Source: Trypanosoma brucei (taxonomy: Eukaryota). Taken from it: DNA of 64,000 nt. The position numbers were made by a program, and so were the translations under genes. Under the pieces are notes generated by a model. That model was not told where the DNA came from. It was given only the letters and a program-made list of their open reading frames with translations, and did not search any database. Below, in pieces: positions 45,701 through 59,503 of this stretch. Each line of letters opens with the position of its first letter. Positions within the stretch are counted from its first letter, which is position 1. Location of the stretch: the NCBI GenBank assembly GCA_000002445.1, contig CM000207.1:2432001-2496000 (forward strand), written 5' to 3'.

Positions 45701-48583
45701 AAAAAAGCAGTTAGGAAGATGAAGAAGGTGCCGTTGACGACGCGTGAAGCGAAAGATGGAATCGAGTGAAGTTTGATGGTGAACTGAAAAGAACTTGCCC
45801 CACTTTAGTAAAAGGTTGAAGGGGACACCAACCAATAAGGTGCGTGCAGGTTAGAGGCAGAACAGAAGAAGGAACGCCAATAATCGCGCCGCGTGAGGGC
45901 TGGAAAGCAGGATGATTTTACACGGATGAAGCGTGTATGTGGTGTGGGGGGGGGGGGAGAGGTTATGTTGGAGCATCTCTTCACCGGAATGGAACCACAA
46001 AAGGAGCGGCGGCCGCCAAATAAATAGCCACAACATGAACGCAAGAACAAAAACAGAAGGGAGCATATTAGCGCATTGGTGCCCATTGTCGTGTTATGTC
46101 TTGAGAAACGAGCTATCCCCTGAGGGAAAAAATGGACGGCATCGATGTGGGTGTGAACTTCACTCGCGGACCAATGCAAAACACCATGCGGAAGTTTCCA
46201 CGAGCTGACGATCTTGCTCTCGAGAAATCCCCCCTCGCGCGTAGGGAAGCGGCGCTTATCAAGGGGATGTTAAAGCACAAACATATTTGTGTATATTTTT
46301 ATTTATTTAGACTCACCTATTTATATAATACCTCTACATCGTATGAAATTGCCCCGAAATTGTGGACCGCATATTCGAATAGTTTCTCCACGGCTCAGCT
46401 TCTGTGGCCTCATTGCTTGAAAAAATGCGAGGTTTCAGCGCTTATATTTGAGAGGGTGGTTCCGCGCCCCTTCTAGCAGAAGTATGTTGGCCGGTGCAAA
46501 TGCTGATAAGTTGCCAAATCCGCCTCGTCACAAAAGAAGAATGGAAAAAGCAACGGGCAACACAACAACAGGGTTGAGAAATGCTAGGATATTAAAAAAA
46601 GGGAGTTTATACCGGACGTTTACGTGCCGATTGGAGCGCTGCAGGCGCCAATAAAGGTTAGCTTCCTGGCTGCCAACAGCTTTATTATTATTTTACCCCA
46701 TAGTTGGTTGCCTTCGAGGCTACTAAAGCGGTTCACTTCTACTGGAACAGCGAAGTAACGAAGAAGTGGACTTGAAGTAATTCTTTAACTAGGGGAGATT
46801 CTTCAGGAAATATTTAACAGGAAATTATATGCATGCGCCACACTGACCGAAGAAAACTTTAATGACGCACAAGAGAGCAAGGACTCAGGTGAAGCAAAAA
46901 AAAAAAAAAAGAGATCTTCAGGGGGCGCAGAGGCGAAAGCCGGCAAAAAGAATGGAAGAAGGAAGAACACAATGAAACCGATCGCCTTTGGAAGAAATTT
47001 CAGCAATGATTCATCAAGATCGAGACGAGTAGCGTTTCCCTCCCAGAGAGTCCCTACTCGGAATTATCCCCATGTAACTACCCTTTGGGGGTGTTAAAGA
47101 TAAAATGGGAAGAAGAGGAAGGTTTATTTGTTTGTTTGTTTTTTTCAGGCACCATGGGCTCTTTCCCTATTTCCACCATCGCGAACTTCAACGAGAGCAT
47201 TCAACACGCATGCTCGCCCACTAATCATATATTTATCTGCTTTAAACAACCTGGGGGATGGTATCCTTCCAACAGCCAATCTGAGCGCAAACAAGGACGG
47301 AGGGAGCAGATTCACTAACACTACAGAAGTGATAAGCAAGGCAAAGGAAACGCGCGCTAGAACACTGTAGCCAAAGTTGGGATTCAAACACATTTCATTT
47401 TTCCACACGAGAAAATGTAGCACATAGTGGAGATTGCGCAACACCAAATACACTCCGCAGACGAGGGTCACAAAGCCTCACCCATATCCCAACCCTAAGG
47501 TTCAGCGTGCGGTTTTGGACCTCAGGAACTCTTTGGCTCCCCTTTATGAGAACAAATTATAAAAATTTGAGGGACCTGTGTGCAGTCAGCTGGCAGCATC
47601 CTCTGCAGATGTTGTGCTCCTCTGTTCCGTATTATGTGCACACTTGTTCGATACCAGCAAACTGCAAAAAGTTCTTTCTTTAGAGAGAAAGTGACGCCCC
47701 GTGGTGGAAAAATTCTGTTCAATGGGTTTCCACTGCAGGAAGGGAACTCGCAGTAGGCCGAACTCCAACTACGATACTGTGGTTGAAAGAGGGCGAAAGA
47801 GTGCCGCACACGTTCACATCATTTCAACTGGCACTGGCCGTGCGTGTGGTTACCTCAGCCTTCCTTTGTGCGGATAAACAGGCGGGGAAAAGAGAGAGAC
47901 GCATGCCTACATTTGTCAGACCGCAAGGAAGTTGTCATGCAATTTGTGCAGTTTTGGAACCCGGGTGAAACAGAAGAAGAGAATTCAGCATACAAACATG
48001 TTACCATGATGCTCCTTTTCATACAACTCAAACAAAGCAGGCAACAGAAAATTAATCAGCATGTTTAGGTGATCGCGGTGCCGGACCAATGTCCCTCCGC
48101 GCAATTCATCGCGGCTTGTGAACGATGGGAACCATTGCGCCCTGCTTGTCCGCGTGAATGCAAAAAAAAAAGTTCACATGCCATTACAGAAAGCAGGCAG
48201 TTTTCGGGTTATGTACATATTTTTCTTAGGATAGAATGTTCAAAAATGTAATGAGCAATATTGTCAATGCCCCTTTATTTTTTCACGCGTTCACACGAAA
48301 TTCCCACACCTGTTTAGTAAGGCTATTGATGCGCGTGGATAAAATGAAAGAAGGTGGAAACAGAAAAATATTGAGCATAATGTTCTTACTGCAAAAAAAA
48401 AATGTAGCTTGGCGGGCTGAAATCATCCTTACTGCACTTTACCCTTTCTTAACGTCTCCAATGAAATTATTACCTAATGTCTCTTACCTTCAAGTTTCCT
48501 ATTGCTTAAGCTGATGTTAGTTATATTGTGCCTTTAGAATTTGTCCTAAAGTGTTAGGCGGCGGTGTCAAAATCCAAGTAACA
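42721..48583. other. Convergent strand-switch region, a candidate transcription termination zone with no confident genes
   Basis: The plus-strand gene ends at 42720 and the minus-strand gene ends at 48584. Only short, compositionally biased ORFs lie between them. G12 at 45946-45957 and A15 at 46901-46915. Confidence 0.4.
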
Positions 48584-50032
48584 TTACTGTGACTCATCTT
48601 TCGGGAGAGCCGAATTGACACCCAGGGCACACATACATCCAGCAAAGATACCAAACAGCAGTGAACTAACGGCCCAGTTGGCTGCTAGAGAACGTTCGCC
48701 AGCGGTCGTCAGCGAACCAGTACGCGGCGCGTAGACTCCCGCTAGACCCCCCACGTAGCCATACGTGAGCGACCAGAGGAAGCAAAGAATATAAGGGAAT
48801 GTCGTGCCCTTAATCACACTGTATGCGCAAAGCACAATTGGAATGACGAGCAACAAACGCGCAAACGTCCCAATCACCACAAAGAGCGGTGATGCGTGCA
48901 GAGTCTTGAACTGAACGAAAAGGCGCGCCACAAAATCTCCCAAGTTAAACATCATCGGAATGATCACCATATACCAGCCGTTGTCATCCGGCCCCAGTTT
49001 GACAGCAAAGAATACACCAGGGTAGATGAGGAAGGCGGTAAAGAACGCAATAAAGCACACGGCTAACATGGGCCAAACACGCCTGAACACAGACAACGCA
49101 CTCGCCTTCAACATCTGTTGCGAGTTCGTGATATTCTCAACCTGGTCCGTGTCCCTCATCGTGTCAGGGTCTACAGTGGAAGTCATCACGTTGCTCTTGC
49201 CCGCGTTGCAATCCGCTTTCAAATCGTCATCCTGGTCGGCCGGACCCTTTCCTAAGCTACTCGGTTCATTATCATCTCCAGCGTCATCACCTTCAACAGC
49301 ATTCCCTTTCCTCGCCGCGTAACGAAAGTCTGCTGTATACTTCATGGCGTAAGGGTTCTTCCTCAGCAGCAGCAGAAGACCACAAGAAATCGACTGCATA
49401 ATCATGACCAACCCAAAGTATATGCGTGACTGAGTGAGCCTACTCGCGACGCGGTCTTCTGTACGCTTGAAGTTACTCTCCGTGGAAGCTTTAATAACAA
49501 TCGCAAACGTCGACGTGATAACACCACACACTGAAACACCCCACACGTACGCACTCAAAAACTTCGTTGGAAAGGGACCGGCAAGTGCAACGGCACCGGA
49601 GCTGCAAAGTGCAGTGGAAGCTCCGTTTATCAAACCAATCAGTATAATGGTTACCCTGGCACCGGTTTCCGTTGTTTTTCCGATGGTAACCATCATCACA
49701 GAAAATACTAAGATAATCGGAAAGACAAGACCAATATAGAGGCGAAGGGTTATGGGAATCCGCTTTCCAAAGTTTGTGAGCATCAGTGACACTACCAAAC
49801 ACTCCACAATAAACGTCGTCGCAAGATAGTACGTGAAGACATTTTTCCAGAAAAATTTCTGCTCTTCCGTCTCCAGCTTGATGTTCTCGCCATCCTTGGC
49901 CGCGAAAAGGTAGAACTGGAGGAAGAACTCCAGGAACGACAAGACCGTGTTCGACACCACCATCACCGACATCCCAAAACACATGAAGGTGATATAGGCA
50001 AGGAGTTCATGCACAGAACCGAAGCCAAGCAT
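48584..50032 (-). CDS. Equilibrative nucleoside transporter (ENT) family protein, trypanosome NT/AT1-like (482 aa from the ATG)
   Basis: Multi-pass membrane protein with about 11 predicted TM segments. A large central hydrophilic loop (KGNAVEGDDAGDDNEPSSLGKGPADQDDD...) lies between TM6 and TM7, as in ENTs. The N-terminus MLGFGSVHELLAYITFMCFGMSVMVVSN and the C-terminal PRTGSLTTAGERSLAANW resemble trypanosome NT-family transporters. The track ORF start at 50068 is a TTG. The first ATG is at 50030-50032. Confidence 0.7.
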   Translation of the reverse strand: MLGFGSVHELLAYITFMCFGMSVMVVSNTVLSFLEFFLQFYLFAAKDGENIKLETEEQKFFWKNVFTYYLATTFIVECLVVSLMLTNFGKRIPITLRLYIGLVFPIILVFSVMMVTIGKTTETGARVTIILIGLINGASTALCSSGAVALAGPFPTKFLSAYVWGVSVCGVITSTFAIVIKASTESNFKRTEDRVASRLTQSRIYFGLVMIMQSISCGLLLLLRKNPYAMKYTADFRYAARKGNAVEGDDAGDDNEPSSLGKGPADQDDDLKADCNAGKSNVMTSTVDPDTMRDTDQVENITNSQQMLKASALSVFRRVWPMLAVCFIAFFTAFLIYPGVFFAVKLGPDDNGWYMVIIPMMFNLGDFVARLFVQFKTLHASPLFVVIGTFARLLLVIPIVLCAYSVIKGTTFPYILCFLWSLTYGYVGGLAGVYAPRTGSLTTAGERSLAANWAVSSLLFGIFAGCMCALGVNSALPKDESQ

Positions 50033-52734
50033 CCTTCCAATTTCAGCCAGCACACCTTTGAGTAACAACTAACCTTCTACGAAGCAAGGTGAAAGGGCAA
50101 GAAAAATGGTCATACATGTCGATATTACCATTTATCACATTAGCATGCCTCTCCTAAAGAAAAAAAACGTTTCAAGCATTAGACACAAAGCGTTCCCCCC
50201 GTGTATACGCTTAACGACCGTTAACTTTGAAGTTTTACCCACGATCGCACGTGTAATCCTCGGGAATTTTAGTCAACCTTTCTAACAAATATCGGTACTC
50301 ACAATTCATATTGCTTAAGTCCTCTAAACGCTCTCTTCGACTACAACTCATTTTACATTTGGTAAAACTGTAGGGAAAATTACACATGATACTAAAATAT
50401 TTGTTAAATCATCGGTATTAATGAAAAAAAAAATTAAGACAAGTATATTGAAAGACACATATATGTATAGAGTAGGGGTAGGCGTATACTGTGAATATAC
50501 CCTGGACAACAAGTCTTTACTTTCTTAAAGTTTTGTGTCCCTTTCCCCCACCCCAGCACACACCACCCTTGTGCGCAGCCATTTCAGCCATTTGACGTTT
50601 CTCTTGTGTTCTGTCCCTTCAGTAGGTCCCCCTTCCACATCCACATACACCTGCAGTCCCCTCTGCTAATGTTTGCCCACACGCAACCGTTGTAAAAGTG
50701 GGAGGTTTAATTGCACCAACACTCTCGCTTGAAAGATTCACTAGCAGGAAGAAATATCGAGCCCCAGACCGTTACCATTTCCACTCATGTCCTGTAACTC
50801 TTTCTCAGAAATACAAGTGCCTCGAACGTACGTGCCTTCAGTGCTTCTAACTCCACATACCGCCATCACAACCACCACCCCCAACTCCTCTGTAACCTTT
50901 TCGCAGATACTCAGAAATAAATCTTCAGGTGCTGACGCTCTATCCACATGTGTTATCTTCACCAGCTTGGGGCATTCTCTGCGACACAGCACTTCCAGCT
51001 TCTTGTGATTTCCCCCAAAATATTTGATACTCAGCAGTTATTTCCGTTAGGTTCAGCCAGAGTTTCCTTAAATTTGGCAGATTGCACATCATTTTCAACC
51101 CCTTGGTAACCTTGGTGGAGCCCCTCAACGACAATTTTTTTGAGGGTGGCCATTTTTTTTTTTTTGAGATAGTTACTTGTGCTTCTTATACGCACTTATA
51201 AAACACACCGGTGTTAGGTCTCGATCTTCTCGCGTTTTCGTTGACTGACCGAGTGACTGTATTCCTTTCCATGCATTGCTCTGTGAGGTGAAGTCCCCTT
51301 GTTGTTGTAGCGCGAGGGTAACGCATGAAGCGGTGAGTTTTTTTTAATCGTTTTTATACCAACGAGGAATGCAACTTTACGTTTGTATTCATCAGCACAT
51401 GGGCGGATTATACCAACTTCATTCGAGTTACCCCATCTTTATATATATATATATATTTCGCTACGTGTGAGCAACCTCCGAAATTTGAGGGTTCTTTGGA
51501 TATGTGATAGCTTCAAATGCGCTATTACTAACGTGGACTAATTTTACCTAGGATCGTAGTTTTTTTTTTGATTTCCCCCCCCCCCTGCGTTTCTAGCCCC
51601 ACTTACCCTCACAACTCCTTCAGTCCATCACACTCAAGTAAATGAGCAGATGACTCGTCCCGGCGCCCAGTTGTCAATTTGCTTCAAACGTTCTTCCAAC
51701 CCCGGCAGTGCACCATCCTTATTTTGCATACACAAGTTATCAGGCATTTCCTCACCCACCCCCTTATCAAATGTGCGGTTACACCTGAAACGGCTTCTTT
51801 CTGTCTTGTTATTGTTGTTTTAAGCAAAATGTACGCCTATGTTTTCTGTTGTATTGCTTTCCCAGTGCTTGATGGAATCCAATGCTCCAAAACAACGTAC
51901 GGAAACACCCTACACCGCTTTACAGTGTTTTGGGACGGTGGACAGATTCTTTCTTGCAAAAATATTCGTATAAAGAGTATTATTACTATTTCCCCCCGAG
52001 TGCCCCTGTGGAACTGTGTGTGATTACTGCATGGTAGTCGCCTGCTAATTAATGACAGGATTACCAATTTCCCAGAGGGGGCGCGGAGTCGTAACTACAT
52101 TGTGGAAAAAGTACTAACCCGTAAAAATACGGTAGGAGAGATGATCAGCACCGCAGTGTTTTGTACGGGTATCCAAACTTCCGAAGACCTTTGCATTCCC
52201 TGGGAATTTTGTTAACTACCCAAAACCACAGGTGGGTGAAGGGAAAAAAAAAACAGACTCACATACCCAAGCCGTTTTATACCTTTGTTATATTACTTTG
52301 TGCCACAGGCAAAACGTTAGTTACAAGCCATTGTTACCTTTTCCATCAATTACATCATTGTGGTATCAGCAGTCTGCAATTAATTTTCCTGAAGCGCACT
52401 GTCTGAATTTTCGTTTGCCAGCGCCTATTAAAGCGGTGCTATAACACCGGCACCGCGTACGGCTATACGTAGCGGCATTCGAGAGCCTTGTTTTTTGTTC
52501 ACGGGTTTGACAGGGCTGGACACTCACATAAATTCTTTAATTAAAGCATAAGGTGCTTTGCGTCCTCGTTGATTTCGTTAGACAGTGGACGCGACATATT
52601 CCCCATGTACTTCACAGCAAAAAACATCATTTCGCCAGGCGCCTCCGTGAATATCAGCGATGGCACCACAAACACACACGCACACACAGAGACAGAACAC
52701 TCCACAGTCGCTTGTATAACTTGGGGTCAAGTGG

Positions 52735-52983
52735 TCAAGTGGGTGGAATGCACTCGCTGTCTTCCTCCACATATTGTTCCTTAAATCGCTGACAGAAATT
52801 ATTAAGCGCAATTTTGTCCACCTCGTGATGCAGGAAGTGCTGCTGGAGCTCGCAAGCAATCTGTATGGTGGCAAACTGGCTCTTATCCGTTGTCATGAGC
52901 GAATTCTCAACAGCTTTAACTTCGGTGCATTCGGACTTGACGATCAGTGAGCGGATCACTTCGGTGATGTGTCGCAACGGCAT
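52735..52983 (-). CDS. Small 82-aa ORF with coding-like codon usage (hypothetical)
   Basis: ATG start (cat at 52981-52983). GC-rich third positions unlike the surrounding DNA. Lies in the minus block downstream of the transporter's transcription direction. No family recognised. Confidence 0.3.
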   Translation of the reverse strand: MPLRHITEVIRSLIVKSECTEVKAVENSLMTTDKSQFATIQIACELQQHFLHHEVDKIALNNFCQRFKEQYVEEDSECIPPT

Positions 52984-55900
52984 CGGGCATCAGCTCAGGG
53001 TGTCCAGCTCCCAATGTCAGTGAGCATAATTGTCACGGGTTTTATTGGCCCCTTCGACTCACAGTCGTTACCACGACTGTAGCGCAACAACCGAATCTGC
53101 ACCACCAACAGCACTTCCACAAGCATCAGCGTAATGACAGACACAATAATAAAACCTGTGAGCTGCGCAACAGTGAGTTTGTCTCCGTCAGAATCGAAAT
53201 CCTTTATAGTCGGTGTAACTGGGGACGTAAGCGGCGGCAGTGAAGGGTTCAAAACGCGTGCTACGAACCAAAGGGAAATGCGCATCGCGCCACAATTTAA
53301 CAAAAAAAACTCTCTCTTCAGTACCTTCACGACTGCACTTGAACAAGACACAGATGCGTCACGTGCGAAAAACAAGGAGAGATGCCGCATCCTCAAGCGT
53401 ATACCGTACGCTGCAGAGCAGAAGACGTTTATACGTTCCATACTTCTGTTCGCTGTGGGGTGAACACAGTCCATATTGTACATGAAAAACGTCCGTGTCA
53501 ACTGAATCTCTGTGATAATGCGATTATTTAACGCGTAAACCGCGCTGAAACATAGAGAGGATTTTCATAGTGACGACGCCTCTTCCCTGGAAAAGTCTTA
53601 GGTCAGCAACACTCAAAGGGATATCCGACATGACATTCGCCTGCACGCCACTGCTAAATTGAGATAAACCTAAAACCGAAGGGGCCGTGATTTTGAGCGC
53701 ATCCAATGGCACCAGTCTTGTGTTGCTTAGTCATTTCCACAAATGGAAGCGTTACGCATGGCATCACACGACGCTCGAGTTACAAAAGTTGTGCAATGTC
53801 AACCCATTGCTCACAGCGCAATAATTCAATAAAACCACTTCAACTATTAATTATCGCTTTTCCAAGCCATAGCACAAACGAGCAAGTCACATAATTTTTT
53901 TTGAGCACCTCACCCAACACAGCCATCGGTGGACTTCTTGATATCTGTTTGTGCACTGTGCTCACTCTCACACGAGTGGTGTGTCCAGAGCGACTGATGC
54001 ACCTCCCCCCCCCCCTCCTCCGTCATGACAGGGGTGGAAAATATCAACCTCTTGGAGCCCCCTCTCTGTATTTCAAATTAACGCTAGATAGCATCCTTGT
54101 CCACCTTCCCAATAACAAAGAAAAACAATAACGACCCGACCAAGCACTCTTGACGCGTGCACCATACCACAATAAAATGGTTTCCTGAGGAAGCCTGTTT
54201 GGTCACACGGTCGTGTGGTTCTTAGGCAAAATATTCACCTCTGAAGAAAGACTGTGGAAGCCTTCTTTCCATTGGACAGGAAACACAAGTGAGTAATAAT
54301 TATTGCACTATTGCTCGCCAGCAGCAGTGCGTACGTTTCGTTATATTTCCGAATGAATCAAAATACTTCTCAAAGTCATTCGTACACAGAGAACAAGCAG
54401 ACCATCGAGCTCATGGCAACAAGTATTTCCATGAGAGCAGAAAAATCCTGACAAAGAACAAGCACCAGTCCCCAACCCAAAACTGAGCGACAAAATAGTG
54501 TACAACAGTCAGCCAGAAAGGGGGGGGGCAGTTGCAGCCGGATTACCAGCGCGGCGTTGACTATTAGATACTCCTTGTGCAGAGAAAAGGCAAAAAAGCT
54601 GTGATTGGCACTCCGCAGGTGACATTAAGCGAATACCGTATTTGAGTTCCATCACATAAGCTACATCAGACCACGAAAATATGAAATACGCAGCTCCCAG
54701 TTGCATCAAGGAACCGCTAACATCACTCCAATCACGCCCCATCCTCAAATGTGTTTGTGTGAATGGCGTCAAATCGATGGCATCCATGGTATATGTGCAA
54801 TCCCATCCGAAGTAAAAATAATAATTCGGAACATCTACATTTATTTGTTTAAAATTTAGAAGGACATTCCGTTCTACTGCTACGACAGTAGCTATCGATA
54901 CTACACGCTGCGCTAAACTATTAAACAGTGTAACACACGTCAAAGTAATAGAAAGTGTTCTCTCACGCACCTACCTTTCACCAGAGAAATGTGACGTCCC
55001 GCAGCTGCTCGTGTGAAGACAACATATCGCATTCAGCTTCTAAAGCTGAAGGGATGGAGCGAAAACGACCTGACCGCTTGCCTTCTCACCTACTCCACCG
55101 TGATATTTTAGAAAATAAAAATGTTCATAAGTATTGTTAGCGCACACAAAAACTGCGTGCGACAACGAGCATCGGGAGAATAATATTAAAAATACTGCAT
55201 CGAATCCATGAGACTTTGAACAGAAACATCACACTACTTTGTTGTCGTTCAACCGGACTCGAAGTCAGTTTCGTTTCACAACGCATCCATGACCCAATAG
55301 ATGAGTATCATACCTGGCATTCACGATGATGTTTCCACACTCCTAATACTGCCGCAGTATTTTGGTCTTTGTATCCACCTGCGAATCAATTGAAAATAGC
55401 ATACATCCAGAATTATGAAGATGATAAGGTACAGTTGATATACACTATTCCTTCTTAACGTGAGGGTGACTGTGTTCACACTAGGCGTCACATGACTACC
55501 CTGCAACTCTCAGGTGCGAAGTGGCGCTGTTACCAACACGCAAAAAAAAAAACTCTCAACAGACGGTCTCATTCCTTCCTTTCAGAGAGAAGATGTGTCG
55601 GCTGTTGTTGAACTGTTTCAAGTATATGACACCTAAGAGCACATTGAATTGGCACCTAATTTTTTCCTCGTAATATCCGATGGAGGCAGTCACCGTAGAC
55701 ATGATATGAAAAACGCAGACACGTAACACCAAGAATGCCGTTGCACCGGTGAGCGAACTTTTACGATCACCAAACTGCACCTGTGGCTTAGACCATAAAA
55801 TTCAAAGGTGCTACATATTTTTAGAAGCTTTAAATACGATGCAAAGTGGAAGAATCGTTGCTTCCTACCGCTGGTTGGTAAAGCCGCATTACTGAATTTA

Positions 55901-58900
55901 TCACGAGTAACGCACAGTAACTGCTACCTCATACACTTAAGGGGAGCAGTACATATGATCCTCCCTCCTGAGTATTCGCTATGAATAACCACAGTAACGC
56001 CTGCTTCATTAGGTGATTGTCTCTGGTACCAACGGCCAGTGCACTATGATAAGCCAAATGATTCGTCAAATGGTTGGTAACATTTCATCTGCGTTCCTTT
56101 ACATCGTCAGCACAATGCATACATGCTGTTGCAAAACACTGTATGCGTAAGAGCAGTCACCGAATACATCACAACTTGAAGGTATAATAATAAGCATATG
56201 CATTTACCGAGGTACTACATCTGTCATCCCTTTGTTTGACATAGCACAGTAAATACTGCTGAACAATCCAGGAGCACAAAGAAAAATTTTTTAAAAATAG
56301 TATTTTTTTTTCCAGGCTCAGCAGACATTAATATCATTTGCATGCCACACACATTTGTAAGAATGTCACACCCACATGTATATGTTTATCAAAAACACAA
56401 AGATGAAAGAGGATAGCAGAGCCACATCCATCAGTCGCTATTCCAGTGGTCATAAAATAACTACATACGATAAGAGTCTATCTCCAATGCATCTTATCGA
56501 AAGTTCAACTGTACCCACTAGGCAACTGCAAGCACAGAAAAGAGGGAAGTGGCACAAAGCCGAAGATGCGCCCGTGCAGCAGCCTCAGACAACCGTTACT
56601 TATGCAATGCAACACAAAAAAGCTTCTCCTAGCTTGATGGAGCAGAGAACACTTTTAGTCCAAACTAATATAGGCAGAAAAAAAAAAAAGCAATGTACGA
56701 ACTCAATAATACACACCAAACAGCGACCCAACACAAAATGCAAGACATACATAAAGCCACCGAAGCTGATGGCAGGTTGAAACGTCATATGCTTCGTTTT
56801 GTTTTTCTTTTATCACCTCTTAGAGGCCCGTAAAATATCCATCCACTTGAATAGAACCACATGATAACATGAACTCACGCAGGAGAAGTTTCAGACACTT
56901 TTGCATATTTGAATATCCACATGAGATTATTCGCACCAACAGGAGTCAACAAGTTTCCCACTAAACGCCATGCCGCAAGTGCGAGCAGACGCTACGAGTG
57001 CCCCGTAGAGAAGTGCCTTTGCACGTTGCAACGTGCAACACTTTGTATTCCTACAAATGGGAATAGAGAAGGTTATAGTATTTAAAAAGTAGGTCTCGGA
57101 TAATGCTACTTCCACCTCGGGTTGTATTCAGTGAATTGCTCCTAAGATATTTGCAACGACATGAACAAACAAGTGGTTCGGACCCTACCCACACCGTTCT
57201 ACAATATGCCTAAATTAGTTTGTCCATCAATTTCCTCTCGCGGACTGCATATTCACCCTCATCTTGCATGTTTCAACACTCGTACCTTCACTTTCAGTAC
57301 GCTACTGTGTCTCTTGTATCTTTTATGCATTTTTTATCATTTATGGGTAGACTTCGTGTGAGTTTAAGGTTTAAAAAATTGCTTCTTTTTCCATTTTTTC
57401 CTTATGCTAAATTCAGCGCATCGCCCATATCATGAAGAACTCGCAGGAATGTCACGCATCTAAAATGTGTACCACACGCAAAACATGGAGCAATACATGC
57501 CTGCCGAACCACAATCGTAACGTTGTTGTAATCCGTTTGTAAAGGACAATGTTGTTGTGAGTGTAGAGGTGTGGCATGACGTTGATAAGGAGACTTTAGA
57601 ATCTAATGACCCCTTATTTATTTGTCCGTTTTTTAGATGATCCTCCAGTTTCCGCACTATTGATCCAGGTGATTTAGTGGTAACATATTAGCCGCGCTAG
57701 CCTTCACACGCACAGGCTTCCCCTGCATCTGTCAGTCTCTTCTATTGCTACTGTGTATGTGCGTCGTGGGGTCCCTCATTGTGATATTCAAGCCAAAAAA
57801 AAAAAAAAAAGCGCCGAACACCTGAATACTAACTGTCAGCATTAATGCAATCACCATCCATCACTTTGTCTACATTAACAAAGTTGCTCCGATTATGAAC
57901 CAGCACCGAAAGCACGAGCAGTGTCAGCCACTGTCACAACAGTTAGATCACATGAGCATAACCCGTTGAACTCAGCAAAAGCCAAAAAAAAAGGGTCAGA
58001 CCGCCGCCTGGACAAAGGAGACGACGCCAGAAACTGAGAGACGGTGATGGAGCGCCTGCGTTTTTTTTTTTTAAATCCTCGGCAGAGGCGCCCATTAACC
58101 GTGTCTTCATGTTCTTCGAGGCCCTTCTCACAGATCATGAAGCTCAAAATATGGCAAAATCCCTTCACGACCTCCTCCTAAGGAATCCCAACTCGGCGCA
58201 ACAAGCAACCGGCTACTCGCGCGCTCACCATGCAGAGCGAAGGCCCTTTTAGCGCTTCCTGCGAGTCGTGGCAATGGCAATTCCAATTTGTTACAGCGAA
58301 CGTCGTAACCTTTGTGAAAGCAACACTCCATTCGGCCGCTTGAACGTTAAACTACGTGAGTTGCAGCGCTTCGTGATATCGCAGTGACGGGAACTGAAGG
58401 CGGTGTGAGGGAAGCTACCGAAGAAAAAGCTCTCAAATGACGTCACGGGCCGCCGGGAACGGTGGACGTTTGAGACCGAAGTGAGCCTTGTGCCATCGTT
58501 GGTTGACGTGGGGCCGTTTGCGGTTCGTCCTTATGGCAAACCGGTCATGAGCCTTCTGTTCAAATAGTTTTCAACGCAGCCCGGTGGTTGTGGGGTCACG
58601 CTGTGCGGAGGTGTAACTTGTCTTCACCCTCGGCTGGCTGGGGAAAAGCGGGGGCGGAAAGCCGTGTGTTGAGAGTGTTCTCGTCTTTGTGGTTCTTTTG
58701 CCCTCTCCGCGATGGTGCTGCAGTCCGTCGTTTTCCGGAGACTGTTTGCTTGGGGACGTGCGCTTGTCGATGCCTTTTTACTGTTTGTAGGATCCGGAGT
58801 GCTAAAAGTACTGTTTGTGCCTGCGTGTTAGGGGTGGAGAGTCGCCTGAGCTTTGCGCAGTGCGCGGCGCGGCAGCATGCGGAGAGTATGTAGGCAGCGG

Positions 58901-59503
58901 GGTAACGAGCAGTGTTGAGTGTGTTGGTGGCAAAATGCCGGCAGGTAAAAAGTGTCAAAAACGTGTGTTGGTGTGCCGGGTGTGTTCAAATATATTTGGT
59001 GTTGACGTTAATCTTTTTCCTTACTAACCACCATTTTCATATTGTTGTTTTTTTACTTGCTCCCCTCAGTCGGCATGGATCCACGTTCGGGAGTGTACGG
59101 CTTAATTTCGAGCGGTTTCGACATCTGCATTTGTAAGCTCATTTGGCGATGGTAAACAGGGCGCGCAGCAGTAGCAAAAGGGCCAAGTGATGAGTAATGA
59201 GTCTGAAGAATAATGAGCGGATGACTGCGCAAAGAAGTGAGGAAGCGAATATCCTCTTTTGCGATGCGGAGGTGAAAGTGGAAGGAAGCGATGATAAGAT
59301 AGTGACGAATAGCATAGAGGTGGCGGGGAACTAGAGAATCAGATCATCAGGCGGTCTTGCGAAAGAAAAAGGACAAAAGTAGGACGCCAGAAGGTCTACA
59401 CAATTATAGTGGTAAACACTCGGGAGGAGGTGCAGGAAAGAAGAGGGGTTTGCGGGAGGGAGCGGAGGTTAGGAACCCGCGTTGCAGCTGCTGATGAGAT
59501 TCG

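Noticed and set aside
45185-46179. 216-aa and 124-aa minus-strand ORFs in the convergent strand-switch region
   Set aside because: Pro/Ser/Leu-rich with no signal peptide or domain. They overlap each other in different frames. Likely spurious.
47470-47490. A single ccctaa hexamer, checked as a possible telomeric TTAGGG repeat
   Set aside because: Only one copy and no array, so this is not a telomere tract. No 70-bp VSG-associated repeat array was seen upstream of either VSG-like gene.
49491-49982. 163-aa minus-strand ORF and the plus-strand ORFs 49026-49322 and 49434-49739
   Set aside because: Alternative or antisense frames inside the ENT transporter CDS.
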